From contig OZ024743.1 in NCBI GenBank assembly GCA_964016885.1, positions 93,620,001-93,684,000 of the forward strand: 64,000 nt of DNA, read 5' to 3'. The stretch comes from Eledone cirrhosa. Lineage: Eukaryota. The translations under genes and the position numbers were made by a program. Of the stretch, positions 52,555-61,254 are shown in pieces. The stretch's first letter is position 1. Each line of letters starts with the position of its first letter. The notes beneath the pieces were generated by a model. The model saw nothing but the letters and a program-made list of their open reading frames with translations. It was not told the DNA's origin and did no database searches.

Positions 52555-55500
52555 AATACATTGTAGGTCGCTTTAACCCGTCTTTTATTAATAAAAAAAC
52601 TTCTTGCCAATAAACATTAACCCTTTGTGCACCATTCATCTAACTGTAGACCAACAAATACCAACTAAACGGAGCATTGACAAGAACGATGGAGAATGAA
52701 TCGTCGAGGTAAGCAGTTTCCTCCCGAGCTGTTAGTTCACGCGGGATTCTCTGCTACACCTTTTCATAATAATACCGAACAACGTACTGCTGGTCACTCC
52801 TTCCTCCAAAAGCCGTACAAAGCGGACATGTGCATCGGGCAGATGGATCGGGTGTAAATCTACACCAGGCCTATGCGAGAAATTTGCAAGGGACTGCACC
52901 AAGAGGGATAGAGAGAAAGAGTAACTTGGTGGAAAGAGTGCGAATGAACTTTTGAGGTAAGTAGCCTACGCCTTACAGCTATGACACTGGAACCTTCTGC
53001 CAACTTAACCTGTGACTTTCACTTTCACATTTACTCCAATAGGCCAAAACAGAGTGGAAACGCCGGGGAGACAACTGTCACAGAAGGAGTATGAAAAGAA
53101 GGGGCTCAACAATATTTCTATGAACAATGCACGTAGACAGCTAAACTGTACTTTCAACTTCTTAATTTTCTCCAAATAAAACAAGTTTCCTGTCAGTATA
53201 TTTTTGTGAGTTTTTAACAGGCACTCACAAACAAACGTTTCTCATTGGAGGTGCTATTACCAATGTTCTTACCCGTACAACGCCGGGATACACTGCTAGT
53301 ATAAAATATAAATATAGGAAATTATAGATTATTTGAATACTAGCCCTTACAGTTTGATCTAAGAGAGATTGATTAAATTTGATTTGACTGGGCCAACTTC
53401 AATGCAATATACAAGAGTGTGACTTAATGGTTACAGTGTTTTTGTTTTTCCCTTTCAGAATGTCTTGAGTTCAATTCCCAGCAGTGTGTTGCGTCCTTAA
53501 GCAATATGCTTTATTTCATGTTGCTCCAGTCAACTCAACTGGCAGAAATAAATTGTACCTGTAATTGAAAAGGCTAGCTTTGTCACACATAGTATGTCAC
53601 ACTGAATCACCCTGAGAACTATGTTAAGAGTACACATGGCTGTGGAATTCTCAGTCACTTGCACATTAATTTCATGAGCTGGCTGTTCTGTTGCTGATTG
53701 TAAAAGGCCTACCAATGTTTTAATGGCAGACACAGTATAAATAAGGAAGACTTTTAAAGAAATAGTTAGAAAGTGACATCCAAATGAGTATCCTCCACTT
53801 CCAACTAGGTTGTTAAACTTTTTTTAATTTAATTTTATTTATTTTTCAATTTTTATTTCTATATATCTTGTTTTTTGTTTCTGAACTGTAAGATGTACTA
53901 GATACCTCTCCTAGTATATCATGGCTTACTAAGCTCTATTCAGATATTTAAATTCATCATCATCATCATTATCATCACCATTTAATGTCCATTTTTCCAC
54001 TCAATGTCATAACTGATGCACACAGGAGCATATTAAACATTGATTAATATCAGTACTTACTTTGGAGTCAGCCACTGCAGTAAGACCCAATTCTTCAATC
54101 AAAGAATTAACCTTTTCCTGGCGTGACACTTTTGAAATTGAAGAGGGAAGACGAAGAGCAGCAGAAAAATTTAGATTTTCTTTCACACTCAGAGTTGCCA
54201 TGATAACATCATCCTATACAGAAAATGGAAGAGATAAGAAAAAGACAATGAAAAGCGAGATAAAGAGGCACTCTCCGGTCCCAAATAATGGGGGGGGGGG
54301 GGGTTTCTAGGTTGTCTCCATTGAATTCTTTTAAAACCAGAATTAGTTGTTTAGTTTACATATGGAGACCCCTATCCATTCTATTCATTTTAAAACGCAT
54401 GGGATTTCTATCAATGTTTTTTTTTGTCATGTATAATGTTTTTTAATGTATATAGAAAATTAATGGCATAACCAAACAGCTTTAATCACAAACGCATAGG
54501 TTTAATCACATACACAGATATAAATTTAATGGCATAACCAGGCATAAGTTTAATTGCATACATATATAGGTTTAATGGCATATACATATATAGGTTTAAT
54601 GGCATACACCAGATATAGGTTTAATGGCATACACCAGATATAGGTTTAATGGCATACACCAGATATAGGTTTATAAACATTATTGAATGTGATAAAAGAT
54701 CTTACTGGCAGGTGGGAGCACATTATAATGAATGGAAAGTGAACAAGAAGTGGGATAGATGATGAATAAAACAGTTATGATGATGGTCTTAGAAGCTGCA
54801 CAAAAAATAAATTACCTGTTCTACATAACCAACTTGACATTTGAAGTTATGTGGTGGTGAACAGCCATTGATTAACACAGTACCACACAATCCAGCTGGA
54901 TTCTTTTGGGCACTAATAATATCCAATAAGCTGAAAAAAAAGAAAGAGGGATTTCTTTTTTTCAACACATGCAAGCAAAGTAGTTAATGAAAGACAGAAA
55001 TCCAGTAACAAAAAATATCCAAAACCACATGCAGAACATCATAGTTAGAAATGCACACACACACACGATAAGTTTCCAGACGGACATATCTATGAAATTC
55101 CACTCACAAGCTACTGATCAAGCCAAGATAATGGTAGACAACATTTATGGAAGCTGCAGTGTAAACCATCATCATCATTGATTTAACGTCCACTTTCCCT
55201 GCTAGCAAGGGTTGGATGGGTCTACATAGACCAAGTCAGTACTGAAACAGTGGCTACTGATCTCCCAGACAAGCCAGGATATAAATTAGACAAACATTTT
55301 CATAAACCAAGTCAGTACTGAAGCAGAGCTACTGACCTCCCAGGCAGGCCAGAGATCTGTACCTCACTTTATGTATGGCCAAGTGTACAGGAGAGGTTAT
55401 GTTGCTGATGCAACTGAGGGTCATCCTGACCCTTTTGTGTGGCAAGATTTCTATGGCTGGATGCCCTTATCAACCCTATACATAAACAAACATTCTTGTT

Positions 55501-56556
55501 ATTAATTCTGATCACACACCTTTTTAAATTATATTGTTTCTTTCCTTGATGAAGATTTCCACACAGGATTAATTGCATTCAACATGTACATTTACTTAAT
55601 ATGCACTATTTTTATGAGCAGCAACATTGCAAACAAAGTCATTCAATATCAAAACAATCACTACATATATCACATGAGGTTGTGAGTTTGATTCCTGGTC
55701 CAGGCCATGTGTTATGTCACTTCATTTCACATTGCTCTTTCTGCCAGGAGTTGCGACTGGTAGATAATATCAGCAAGGGAAAGACCAATGGAAACCTGGT
55801 TTTCATGGTCTAATTTGACAAGATCCATCCCTGTCGGTAAGCGAATGAGGTCTGGGATTTTGTTGGTTGATCGAAAATCTTCACAAATATTACAAATTCT
55901 AGACTTCACAATCTCTGAAGAATTTTCATAGCAATAACCTGGGGTGGTGGAAGCATTTCTGAATTGGGGGTGGGTGGGGTCCTGTTGGAGTGATTAGTTT
56001 AGCTGTTATTATTAAATATCAACCAATATATAAAAAAACTTTGATATGCAATAATATTAACATGTACATCAATTGTAGTGCATATACAAATAGATGTGTG
56101 TTTTGGTAGTTTGTGGAGAAAAATATAATTATTGGGGGTGCCATGTCTCCATTGCCCATTTTCCTTACAAACAACAACTTTTGTTCTAGTTTGCTAGAAG
56201 CATTGCAGAAAGTATAGAAAACTACAGCAATGCAAATAGAACATTAGATGTTAAAAATAATGGAAATTCGATCAAATCGACCCCAGTGTGTTACTGGCAC
56301 TTTATTTTATTGACCCAGTAAGGATGTGGTAACTAAAAGAATCCAAACTGAACATTCACCACATTAATCTCACTACACTGGGAGAGCCAGGAATGCCCTG
56401 GACACTGCTCTTTTTACTTTACATAAATATTTCATTTTAAATATTTAGAACTACTACTGCTTCAAACATTAGCTTTGGAAATAACTATTTACTTACGTGG
56501 ATTTCCCACAGCCAGTTGGTCCCATAATGGCATTCATACCAGGTGGAAAAATGCCT
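9525..56556 (-). CDS. ABCG2: ABCG2/BCRP-like half ABC transporter, 15 internal coding exons; gene extends beyond both window edges
   Basis: Spliced exons give an uninterrupted frame with Walker [10 protein letters not shown], signature VSGGERKR, Walker [10 protein letters not shown]-loop SIHQP and TMD motifs NQMFSS, DILPMRF and GFLVN. All introns are GT-AG with compatible phases. The symbol means ABCG2-like; orthology is untested. Confidence 0.95.
9664..9871. mobile_element. piggyBac-like MITE, copy 1
   Basis: TTAA|CCCTTTAGCATTTA ... TAAATGCTAAAGGG|TTAA. Confidence 0.88.
10425..10771 (-). mobile_element. Non-autonomous Helitron 5' portion
   Basis: Minus strand starts A|TCTATATATATAAAACTGAGGATGTCTGTGTGTG, resembling the start of the element at 51894; left boundary uncertain. 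Confidence 0.6.
11088..14455 (-). mobile_element. CR1/L2-group LINE, near-complete ORF2 (APE + RT) with frameshifts and an ORF1 remnant
   Basis: ORFs 14042-14467, 13728-13985, 13011-13610 (GDFN, SDH), 12400-13014 (NYRPVSL), 11253-12473 ([21 protein letters not shown]); (ATT)n tail at 11088-11110. Confidence 0.92.
15311..15400 (-). CDS. ABCG2: ABCG2-like exon ([30 protein letters not shown])
   Basis: 90 nt, AG/GT boundaries. Confidence 0.94.
15471..15839. mobile_element. TA-flanked TIR MITE (Tc1/mariner/pogo-like)
   Basis: TA|CTCTCAGATC...GACCTGAGAG|TA; related copies at 17551-17879 and 49890-50245, partial ones near 26180, 46730-46810 and 54270-54460. Confidence 0.75.
16165..16319 (-). CDS. 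ABCG2: ABCG2-like exon, TM4-5 ([12 protein letters not shown]...CFVFMM)
   Basis: 155 nt, AG/GT boundaries. Confidence 0.94.
16390..16600. mobile_element. piggyBac-like MITE, copy 2
   Basis: TTAA flanks, CCCTTTAGCATTTA TIRs. Confidence 0.88.
16627..16970 (+). mobile_element. 5'-truncated copy of the CR1/L2-like LINE 3' end
   Basis: Matches the reverse complement of about 11100-11445; another 3' UTR piece near 29130-29270. Confidence 0.85.
17551..17879. mobile_element. TA-flanked TIR MITE, copy 2
   Basis: TA|CTCACAGGTCTCGAATAA...TTATTTGAGACCCTAGAG|TA. Confidence 0.72.
18066..20198. mobile_element. Fold-back (palindromic) element interrupted by a Helitron
   Basis: Left arm about 18066-18340 pairs with 18361-18562 plus 20086-20198; a half copy sits near 39737-39870. 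Confidence 0.78.
18563..20085 (-). mobile_element. Non-autonomous Helitron
   Basis: Minus strand A|TC...CTAG|T, subterminal CCGG...CCGG hairpin, no TSD; removal restores the host arm. Confidence 0.82.
20570..20880 (-). mobile_element. Decayed RTE-type LINE 3' fragment
   Basis: Translates to ...[11 protein letters not shown]...; a similar + strand fragment at about 27590-27800 (VLLWEP...[11 protein letters not shown]). Confidence 0.6.
21619..21743 (-). CDS. ABCG2: ABCG2-like exon, TM3 ([29 protein letters not shown]...YFMI)
   Basis: 125 nt, AG/GT boundaries. Confidence 0.95.
22200..23050 (+). mobile_element. RTE LINE 3' end and 3' UTR with (ATG)n tail, interrupted by a hAT MITE
   Basis: [10 protein letters not shown]...; UTR homologous to 61255-61750. 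Confidence 0.8.
22536..22840. mobile_element. hAT (Charlie/Buster-type) MITE
   Basis: TIR CAGTGCTACTCAAAGT/AGTTTGAGAAGCACTG; perfect 8-bp TSD GTGTAGGA. Confidence 0.92.
25581..25670 (-). CDS. ABCG2: ABCG2-like exon, TM2 ([29 protein letters not shown])
   Basis: 90 nt, AG/GT boundaries. Confidence 0.94.
25785..26135. repeat. About 40-bp minisatellite, about 9 copies
   Basis: ATACATACATCAAAAATATATATATGTGAGCAAATCTTT units. Confidence 0.9.
28030..28305. repeat. About 45-bp minisatellite, about 6 copies
   Basis: TACATTTAAGTGAGGCACAATT...TGTGTCTCT units. Confidence 0.88.
28752..28959. mobile_element. piggyBac-like MITE, copy 3 (reverse orientation), nested in a SINE
   Basis: TTAA flanks; SINE sequence continues on both sides. 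Confidence 0.85.
29327..29409 (-). CDS. ABCG2: ABCG2-like exon, TM1 ([28 protein letters not shown])
   Basis: 83 nt, AG/GT boundaries. Confidence 0.93.
29893..30745 (+). repeat. 48-bp minisatellite with alternating A/B units (96-bp dimer), derived from an RTE 3' UTR
   Basis: GTAGGTGTCA(C/T)GACAAAA...AGTCCACACTGTAAAGTGG; followed by the RTE 3' end and (ATG)n tail to about 30890. Confidence 0.95.
31293..31358 (-). CDS. ABCG2: ABCG2-like exon ([22 protein letters not shown])
   Basis: 66 nt, AG/GT boundaries. Confidence 0.92.
32621..32729 (-). CDS. ABCG2: ABCG2-like linker exon ([12 protein letters not shown]...[11 protein letters not shown])
   Basis: 109 nt, AG/GT boundaries, YxTSFxxQ motif. 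Confidence 0.88.
33710..33767 (-). CDS. ABCG2: ABCG2-like linker exon ([19 protein letters not shown])
   Basis: 58 nt, cag|...|gtaaa; phases 1/2 fit both neighbours; weak similarity to the human linker. Confidence 0.75.
34169..34390. mobile_element. piggyBac-like MITE, copy 4
   Basis: TTAA flanks, slightly decayed TIRs, same internal sequence. Confidence 0.82.
34764..38376 (+). mobile_element. Internally deleted Ty3/Gypsy LTR retrotransposon (RT C-terminus, RNase H, integrase; frameshifted)
   Basis: LTRs 34764-35330 and 37927-38376 (TGTAG...CACTAAA); PBS TGGTGACCCC at 35332; ORFs with DASD/ELLAV/TDHKPL (RNase H) and HMDIVG/TDRGRQF/NGMVER (integrase). Confidence 0.93.
39024..39125 (-). CDS. 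ABCG2: ABCG2-like exon ([20 protein letters not shown]...SEEK)
   Basis: 102 nt, NPADF motif, AG/GT boundaries. Confidence 0.9.
40128..40480 (+). mobile_element. Two tandem tRNA-derived SINEs of a second family (also near 16982, 27283, 30893-31070 -, 31525, 47032-47230 -)
   Basis: B-box GAGTTCAA(A/G)TC then shared core TTAACTTTGCCTTTCATCCTT...GATAAAATAAAGTACCAGT...TTGCTGGCCTTGTGCC. Confidence 0.75.
40566..40717 (-). CDS. ABCG2: ABCG2-like exon, H-loop ([19 protein letters not shown]...YFESI)
   Basis: 152 nt, AG/GT boundaries. Confidence 0.95.
40935..40978 (-). ncRNA. Minimal type I hammerhead ribozyme variant (U3-A8 core)
   Basis: ctctactt-TTGAAAA-gcag aagaa ctgc-GAAA-ccgg-TA-aaggag. Confidence 0.65.
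41400..44712 (+). mobile_element. RTE-clade LINE: 5' UTR, APE and RT, with stops and frameshifts, 3' truncated
   Basis: [37 protein letters not shown], Cys-rich insert; 5' boundary approximate. Confidence 0.92.
45129..45175 (-). ncRNA. Hammerhead motif in the left arm with non-cleavable GUG triplet
   Basis: tgct-CCGAAGA-atccaaacctcggtttggag-GAAA-cagctg-TG-agca. Confidence 0.6.
46279..46325 (+). ncRNA. Hammerhead motif in the right arm (U4C core variant, GUA triplet)
   Basis: tgct-CCGAAGA-atccaaacctcggtttggag-GAAA-cagctg-TA-agca. Confidence 0.68.
46586..46628 (-). ncRNA. Minimal type I hammerhead ribozyme motif
   Basis: gtca-CTGAAGA-g gtcaca gaatg tgtgac-GAAA-gaac-TT-tgac. Confidence 0.68.
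46857..47014 (-). CDS. ABCG2: ABCG2-like exon, signature and Walker B ([40 protein letters not shown]...)
   Basis: 158 nt, AG/GT boundaries. Confidence 0.95.
47374..47744. mobile_element. Second TTAA-flanked (piggyBac-like) MITE family with duplicated 5' part
   Basis: TTAA|CCCTTTAGTTACC...CATGAAAAGG|TTAA; related sequence near 14460-14677 (reverse) and 56633-56740. Confidence 0.6.
49201..49291 (+). ncRNA. Canonical type I hammerhead ribozyme, predicted cleavage after C49265
   Basis: taagct-CTGATGA-atac caaca gtat-GAAA-cag agat ctg-TC-agctta; stem I extended by tttcaacagacgaaggg/ccctttgtttgttgaaa. Confidence 0.9.
49890..50245. mobile_element. TA-flanked TIR MITE, copy 3
   Basis: TA|CTCTTAGATCTTGAATAA...TTATTTGAGACCCGAAAG|TA. 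Confidence 0.7.
50392..51457 (+). mobile_element. 5'-truncated RTE LINE with open RT C-terminal half and (ATG)n tail
   Basis: 347-aa ORF with [13 protein letters not shown] and GRPRKTW. Confidence 0.92.
51490..51880 (-). mobile_element. Decayed RTE-type fragment
   Basis: [16 protein letters not shown]...QVAEMGFLR. Confidence 0.7.
51894..53299 (+). mobile_element. Non-autonomous Helitron with an internal CA/TA microsatellite
   Basis: A|TCTATTCATATATATAAAACTG... start; CCCG...CGGG hairpin then CTAG|T end. Confidence 0.78.
54061..54213 (-). CDS. ABCG2: ABCG2-like exon ([22 protein letters not shown]...VADSK)
   Basis: 153 nt, AG/GT boundaries. Confidence 0.95.
54455..54675. repeat. About 25-bp minisatellite
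   Basis: AGGTTTAATGGCATACACCAGATAT units. Confidence 0.8.
54816..54930 (-). CDS. ABCG2: ABCG2-like exon ([22 protein letters not shown]...GYVEQ)
   Basis: 115 nt, AG/GT boundaries, Q-loop. Confidence 0.93.
56497..56556 (-). CDS. ABCG2: ABCG2-like exon, Walker A ([19 protein letters not shown])
   Basis: 60 nt, acag| ... |gtaagt. Confidence 0.93.
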
Positions 56557-56908
56557 CTGTACAAACACATAAAAAAAGGAAGACACGTAAGTTGTAAGAA
56601 AAGTCAGAAGTAGTTAAGAACAACCCTGCTCCTTAACACTTTTGAAACCAGCCTATCACAAACCACTCATGGTTCTATGAAACAAGAATGTCCATTTTAA
56701 AGGGTCTTTATTTAAATTAAAATCTTCATAACTAATTTGATATGGTATGTATGAACCCATAATACTTTATGGAGTCAGAGACACCGTAGTGGTATATAGC
56801 ATTCCTAGGGCAATTTAAATATATATATATATATATTAATAAAAGGAATTCAGTGGTGACAGTCAAGTTTGCAATTTTCATTGCAAACTTGACTGTCACC
56901 ACTGAATA

Positions 56909-56947
56909 TGAACCTGAAGATTGCGAAAGCATGAAAGTACTTGTTCA
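56909..56947 (+). ncRNA. Minimal type I hammerhead ribozyme motif
   Basis: tgaac-CTGAAGA-t tgc gaaa gca t-GAAA-gtac-TT-gttca. Confidence 0.72.
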
Positions 56948-57094
56948 ATTAACACTTAACATTTAATATTCTACCATACTATTTCATTATAATATCATTA
57001 TAATTTTAAAGGATTGTAAATAAAACGAGTAAATCAGACACAGTTGGAATTCCTTTTATTAATATAATCTTCTATACACAATCATACACACCCG

Positions 57095-57120
57095 TGTATA
57101 TTTATATATATATCTATATA

Positions 57121-57210
<90 letters not shown>

Positions 57211-57373
57211 CATATACATATATATATATACATATACATATATATATACATATACATATATATATATATACATATATATACATATATATATACATATATA
57301 TATATATACATATATATATACATATATATATACATATATATATATATATACATATATATATACATATATATAC

Positions 57374-57404
<31 letters not shown>

Positions 57405-57445
57405 CATATATATATACATATATATATACATATATATATATATAC

Positions 57446-57478
<33 letters not shown>

Positions 57479-57479
57479 C

Positions 57480-57512
<33 letters not shown>

Positions 57513-57525
57513 GATATATATAGAT

Positions 57526-57576
<51 letters not shown>

Positions 57577-57580
57577 TATA
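57095..57580. repeat. Long (TA)n/(TATACA)n microsatellite
   Basis: Direct; similar tracts near 44855, 46381, 52175-52555, 60613 and 61091. Also (TG)n at 24469-24544 and (TC)n at 33628-33689. Confidence 0.98.
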
Positions 57581-57659
57581 TGCTGACACTCCAAATGTCA
57601 CACCAGTGAAACTCACTAACACGAGTTAAATTTCTTACCTGGGAGACTTAGCCATAAGC

Positions 57660-60520
57660 AATCAAGCATTATGCATGGCACTAACCGAAACACACCTGAC
57701 AAGCAGTATAGCAGATGCGGAAATACATATACCAAAATATACTGTATTTCGTTTGGACAGGAAGGACAGAACTCATGGTGGGGTTGCTCTGTATATCCAT
57801 GAAGATGTCACACCAATTGTACTGTTGACACATTCAAACTCAGTCTGTGATACATTGATAGTACATATGAAGCAACTAAAGACGGTAATATGTGTCACAT
57901 ATCAGCCACCCGATGCCCTCAGTCCTGAGGGTAAATTTGAGGATAGCCTCAGTAGGATTGAAGAGGTCCTTGACAAACTGGACCAGGGTCTCAACATTCT
58001 ACTGCTGAGAGACTTCAACCTCCCTGGAATGACATCACTAGAACAGAGACAGACGGAGTCCCTGCTGGCCCTCACACACAGGCTGTTCATGGAACAAGCA
58101 GTACTTCTCCCAACAAGAGGCGAGAATGTCCTAGATCTCTGTTTTACAAACAAGGTAGTGCTCATCCACAATGTAAAGGTGATACCAACGATTTTCTCGG
58201 ATCATAACTTAGTAGAATTAATGATATGTGGTCCAAGAGAATCAACAGAGACACAACCATCAAGAAGCGCCGGGAACTTATCCAGCCTTAACTTCTACAA
58301 GGCTAACTGGAAAAAGATCAAGAGAGAAATCCGGAAGCAAATATGAAGTGACAACATCACCACACAAGACACCAACACATATTTTCCACACTTCATGACA
58401 ACAATACAAACTATATGCCAAAAATTTGTCCCGGAGAAAAATGCCAACAGACACAAAAATCTTATTCCCAGAGATAGAAAAATCCTTATGAGACGTAGGA
58501 CCAAGCTCTCAAACCAGTTGAATGCACAACAAAAAAACAAAAACAAGAAGGAATCCTATTTGAAACGTGCACTACTTGACATCGAGATTGCACTCAAACT
58601 TTCCCATGAAAATGAGAGGGCAAAGTAAGAAACCAGGGCCATAGAAAATATTAAAACAAACCTCAAGGCGTTCTTTAAATTTTCAAAAGAAACTGCCTCG
58701 GTACACTGCAAGATTGGGCCACGCTTCCATAAAGACGGTTCATTAACCAAGAATCCCCAAGAGATAAGTGAAATACTGAAAGAACAGTACAAAAGTGTGT
58801 TCAAATGTCCACTGAGGCACATGCAAATAACAAAACCAGAGGATTTCTTTGATGCCACAACACTCCATGAAGAAATGGCGACCATAAAATCACATAGACA
58901 TAACGGAGGAGGATGTGGTATACGCCATAGATGAAATTAGAACAGACTCAGCTGCTGGACCTGATGGATTCCCAGCAGTCCTCTTAAAAACATGTAAGCG
59001 GACCTTAGCAACTCCACTGACGACACTCTTCAGAAGCTCCTTGGCTAGCGGTAGACTACCCAGGGAACTGAAAGAAGGCACAATATACCCTATCAATAAA
59101 GGAGGTAGCAGAGCGGAGGCCAAAAGCTATAGGCCAGTCTCCCTGACGTCGCATATCAGTAAGGTCATGGAGCAAGTCATCAGAAAGAAACTGATCACTT
59201 TCCTCGAGGAAAATACTGCCTGACTAGCACGCAGCATGGCTTTTGCCCAGGAAGAAGCTGCCTTACACAGCTGCTACATCACTACGACTGGGTACTGAAA
59301 CAACTGCTAGACAGGGCACACGTGGATGTGATATATCTTGACTTTGCGAAGGCCTTTGACAAGGTCGACCACGGAATGATATGTCACAAACTACACAGAC
59401 TGGGCATCACTGGAAAAGTGTGTGAGTGGCTGCATGACTTCTTAAAGGACAGAAGCCAGACAGTTGCAGCAAACGGGGCCCTCTCAAAGGAAACATCAAT
59501 AACATGTGGGGTGCCCCAAGGCACAGTCCTGGAACCACTACTGTTTTTGGTGGCTCTCTCAGACATGCCCTCTGTAGTACATACAACATCCCTCACTAGC
59601 TATGCTGATGACACTAAGGTAGCACAGGCAATCAAAAACCCGGCTGATGCTGCCCTTTTACAACAAGATCTGGATGCCATATATAAATGGGCGGAAGACA
59701 TCAACATGCAGTTTAATGCTGGAAAATTTCAAGCCCTACAATACAAACCTGCAAACACAAATACAGTACAACACAGTTACACTGGACCAGGAGAGACCGA
59801 AATTCCCGTGTTGAAATCGATATGAAACCTGGGAATAAACATGAGTGACGATGCATCTTTTTCCTCACACATCATGAAAGTGGCGACAATGTGCAGACGA
59901 CTCACTGGCTGGATCTTGAAGACTTTCCGGACAAGAGACTGAGAGACCATGTTGACACTATGGAGGACATTTGTCCTAAGCCGCCTGGACTAATGCTCCC
60001 AGCTGTGGTCACCCCATAGTGTCAAACTAACCACGGAGCTTGAGGCAATCCAGCGAAGTTACACCAAGAGGATTTCCACGACGAAGGAGAGAAGCTACTA
60101 GGAGAGGCTAAAAGAACTGAACCTCTAGAATGAAGACGGGAGAGATACGCAGTCATTTACATGTGGAAAATCCTGGACCAAACTTTGGCATTGGGAGCTG
60201 GACCAACCGTCGAACTGTGTGGTGCCAAAGGTCCCGTCTTCCACAACTAGAATAAGGAGCAGATATTGCAATAGACTGGGGTTCAGGGGCCCTCAACTCT
60301 TCAACAAGCTGCCGAGGGATCTGAGAGATCTGCATGGTGTGGAGGTGGATGTCTTCAAGAAACATCTCGACACCTTGTTATCCAGGATCCCGGATGAGCC
60401 CTCAGCAAGGCACGAGGGAAACCTAAGGGCAGCAGCAATGAACTCTCTCTTGCGCCAGTGCGCAACCACTGCAGGCTGGAGATAAAATGTGTAGCAACAA
60501 GGGCGGTAAAAGAGTAAAAG
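57660..60520 (+). mobile_element. Decayed CR1/L2-group LINE ORF2 (APE + RT), a different family from the 11-14 kb copy
   Basis: [43 protein letters not shown]; many stops; flanked by TA tracts. Confidence 0.9.
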
Positions 60521-60634
60521 AGTATACATACATATATATATATACATAAAATTGAAAAAGTGGAGAATAACATGGTCAATTGGATTACCTATAACGATAT
60601 TTTGTTATCCTTTATATATATATATACACACATA

Positions 60635-60714
<80 letters not shown>

Positions 60715-61090
60715 CATAAGAGAGTATTGAAGTTTGCTTGAAGCCTTGTGAAACAATAAGTAAATATCTTTAAGTCGTTTGGAAGCCTCGACAATGCAAA
60801 TGGGTAAATCTCCGGGTAACAAGGTCCGGTGGTGGAGAGAGAGATGTAAGTGGGTGTACGTTGAGATGCGTGGTGTGTATAAGATGTGTGAGATGTGTAG
60901 AATGAAGGGAAGAGTATAAAGGATAAAAATGAAAAAATAACAACACAAGAGAGAGTTACCTTGGGAGAGATTTAATAGTCCCTATATATTTCGGATTCAC
61001 ATCCATCAACTGGGGTTTTTTTCCGGGGTGGGGGAAAAGGTTGTCTGTCGGACAAGTGCGGAACGCGTCCTTCGCTGTTTGTTGTTTTGA

Positions 61091-61165
<75 letters not shown>

Positions 61166-61254
61166 CATACATATATATATACATACATATATATATATAC
61201 ATATATATATACATACATATATATATACATATATATACATACATATATATATAT

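Noticed and set aside
57082-57622. YI/IY-rich ORFs (also 52108-52566, 60956-61331)
   Set aside because: Translations of TA/CA microsatellites.
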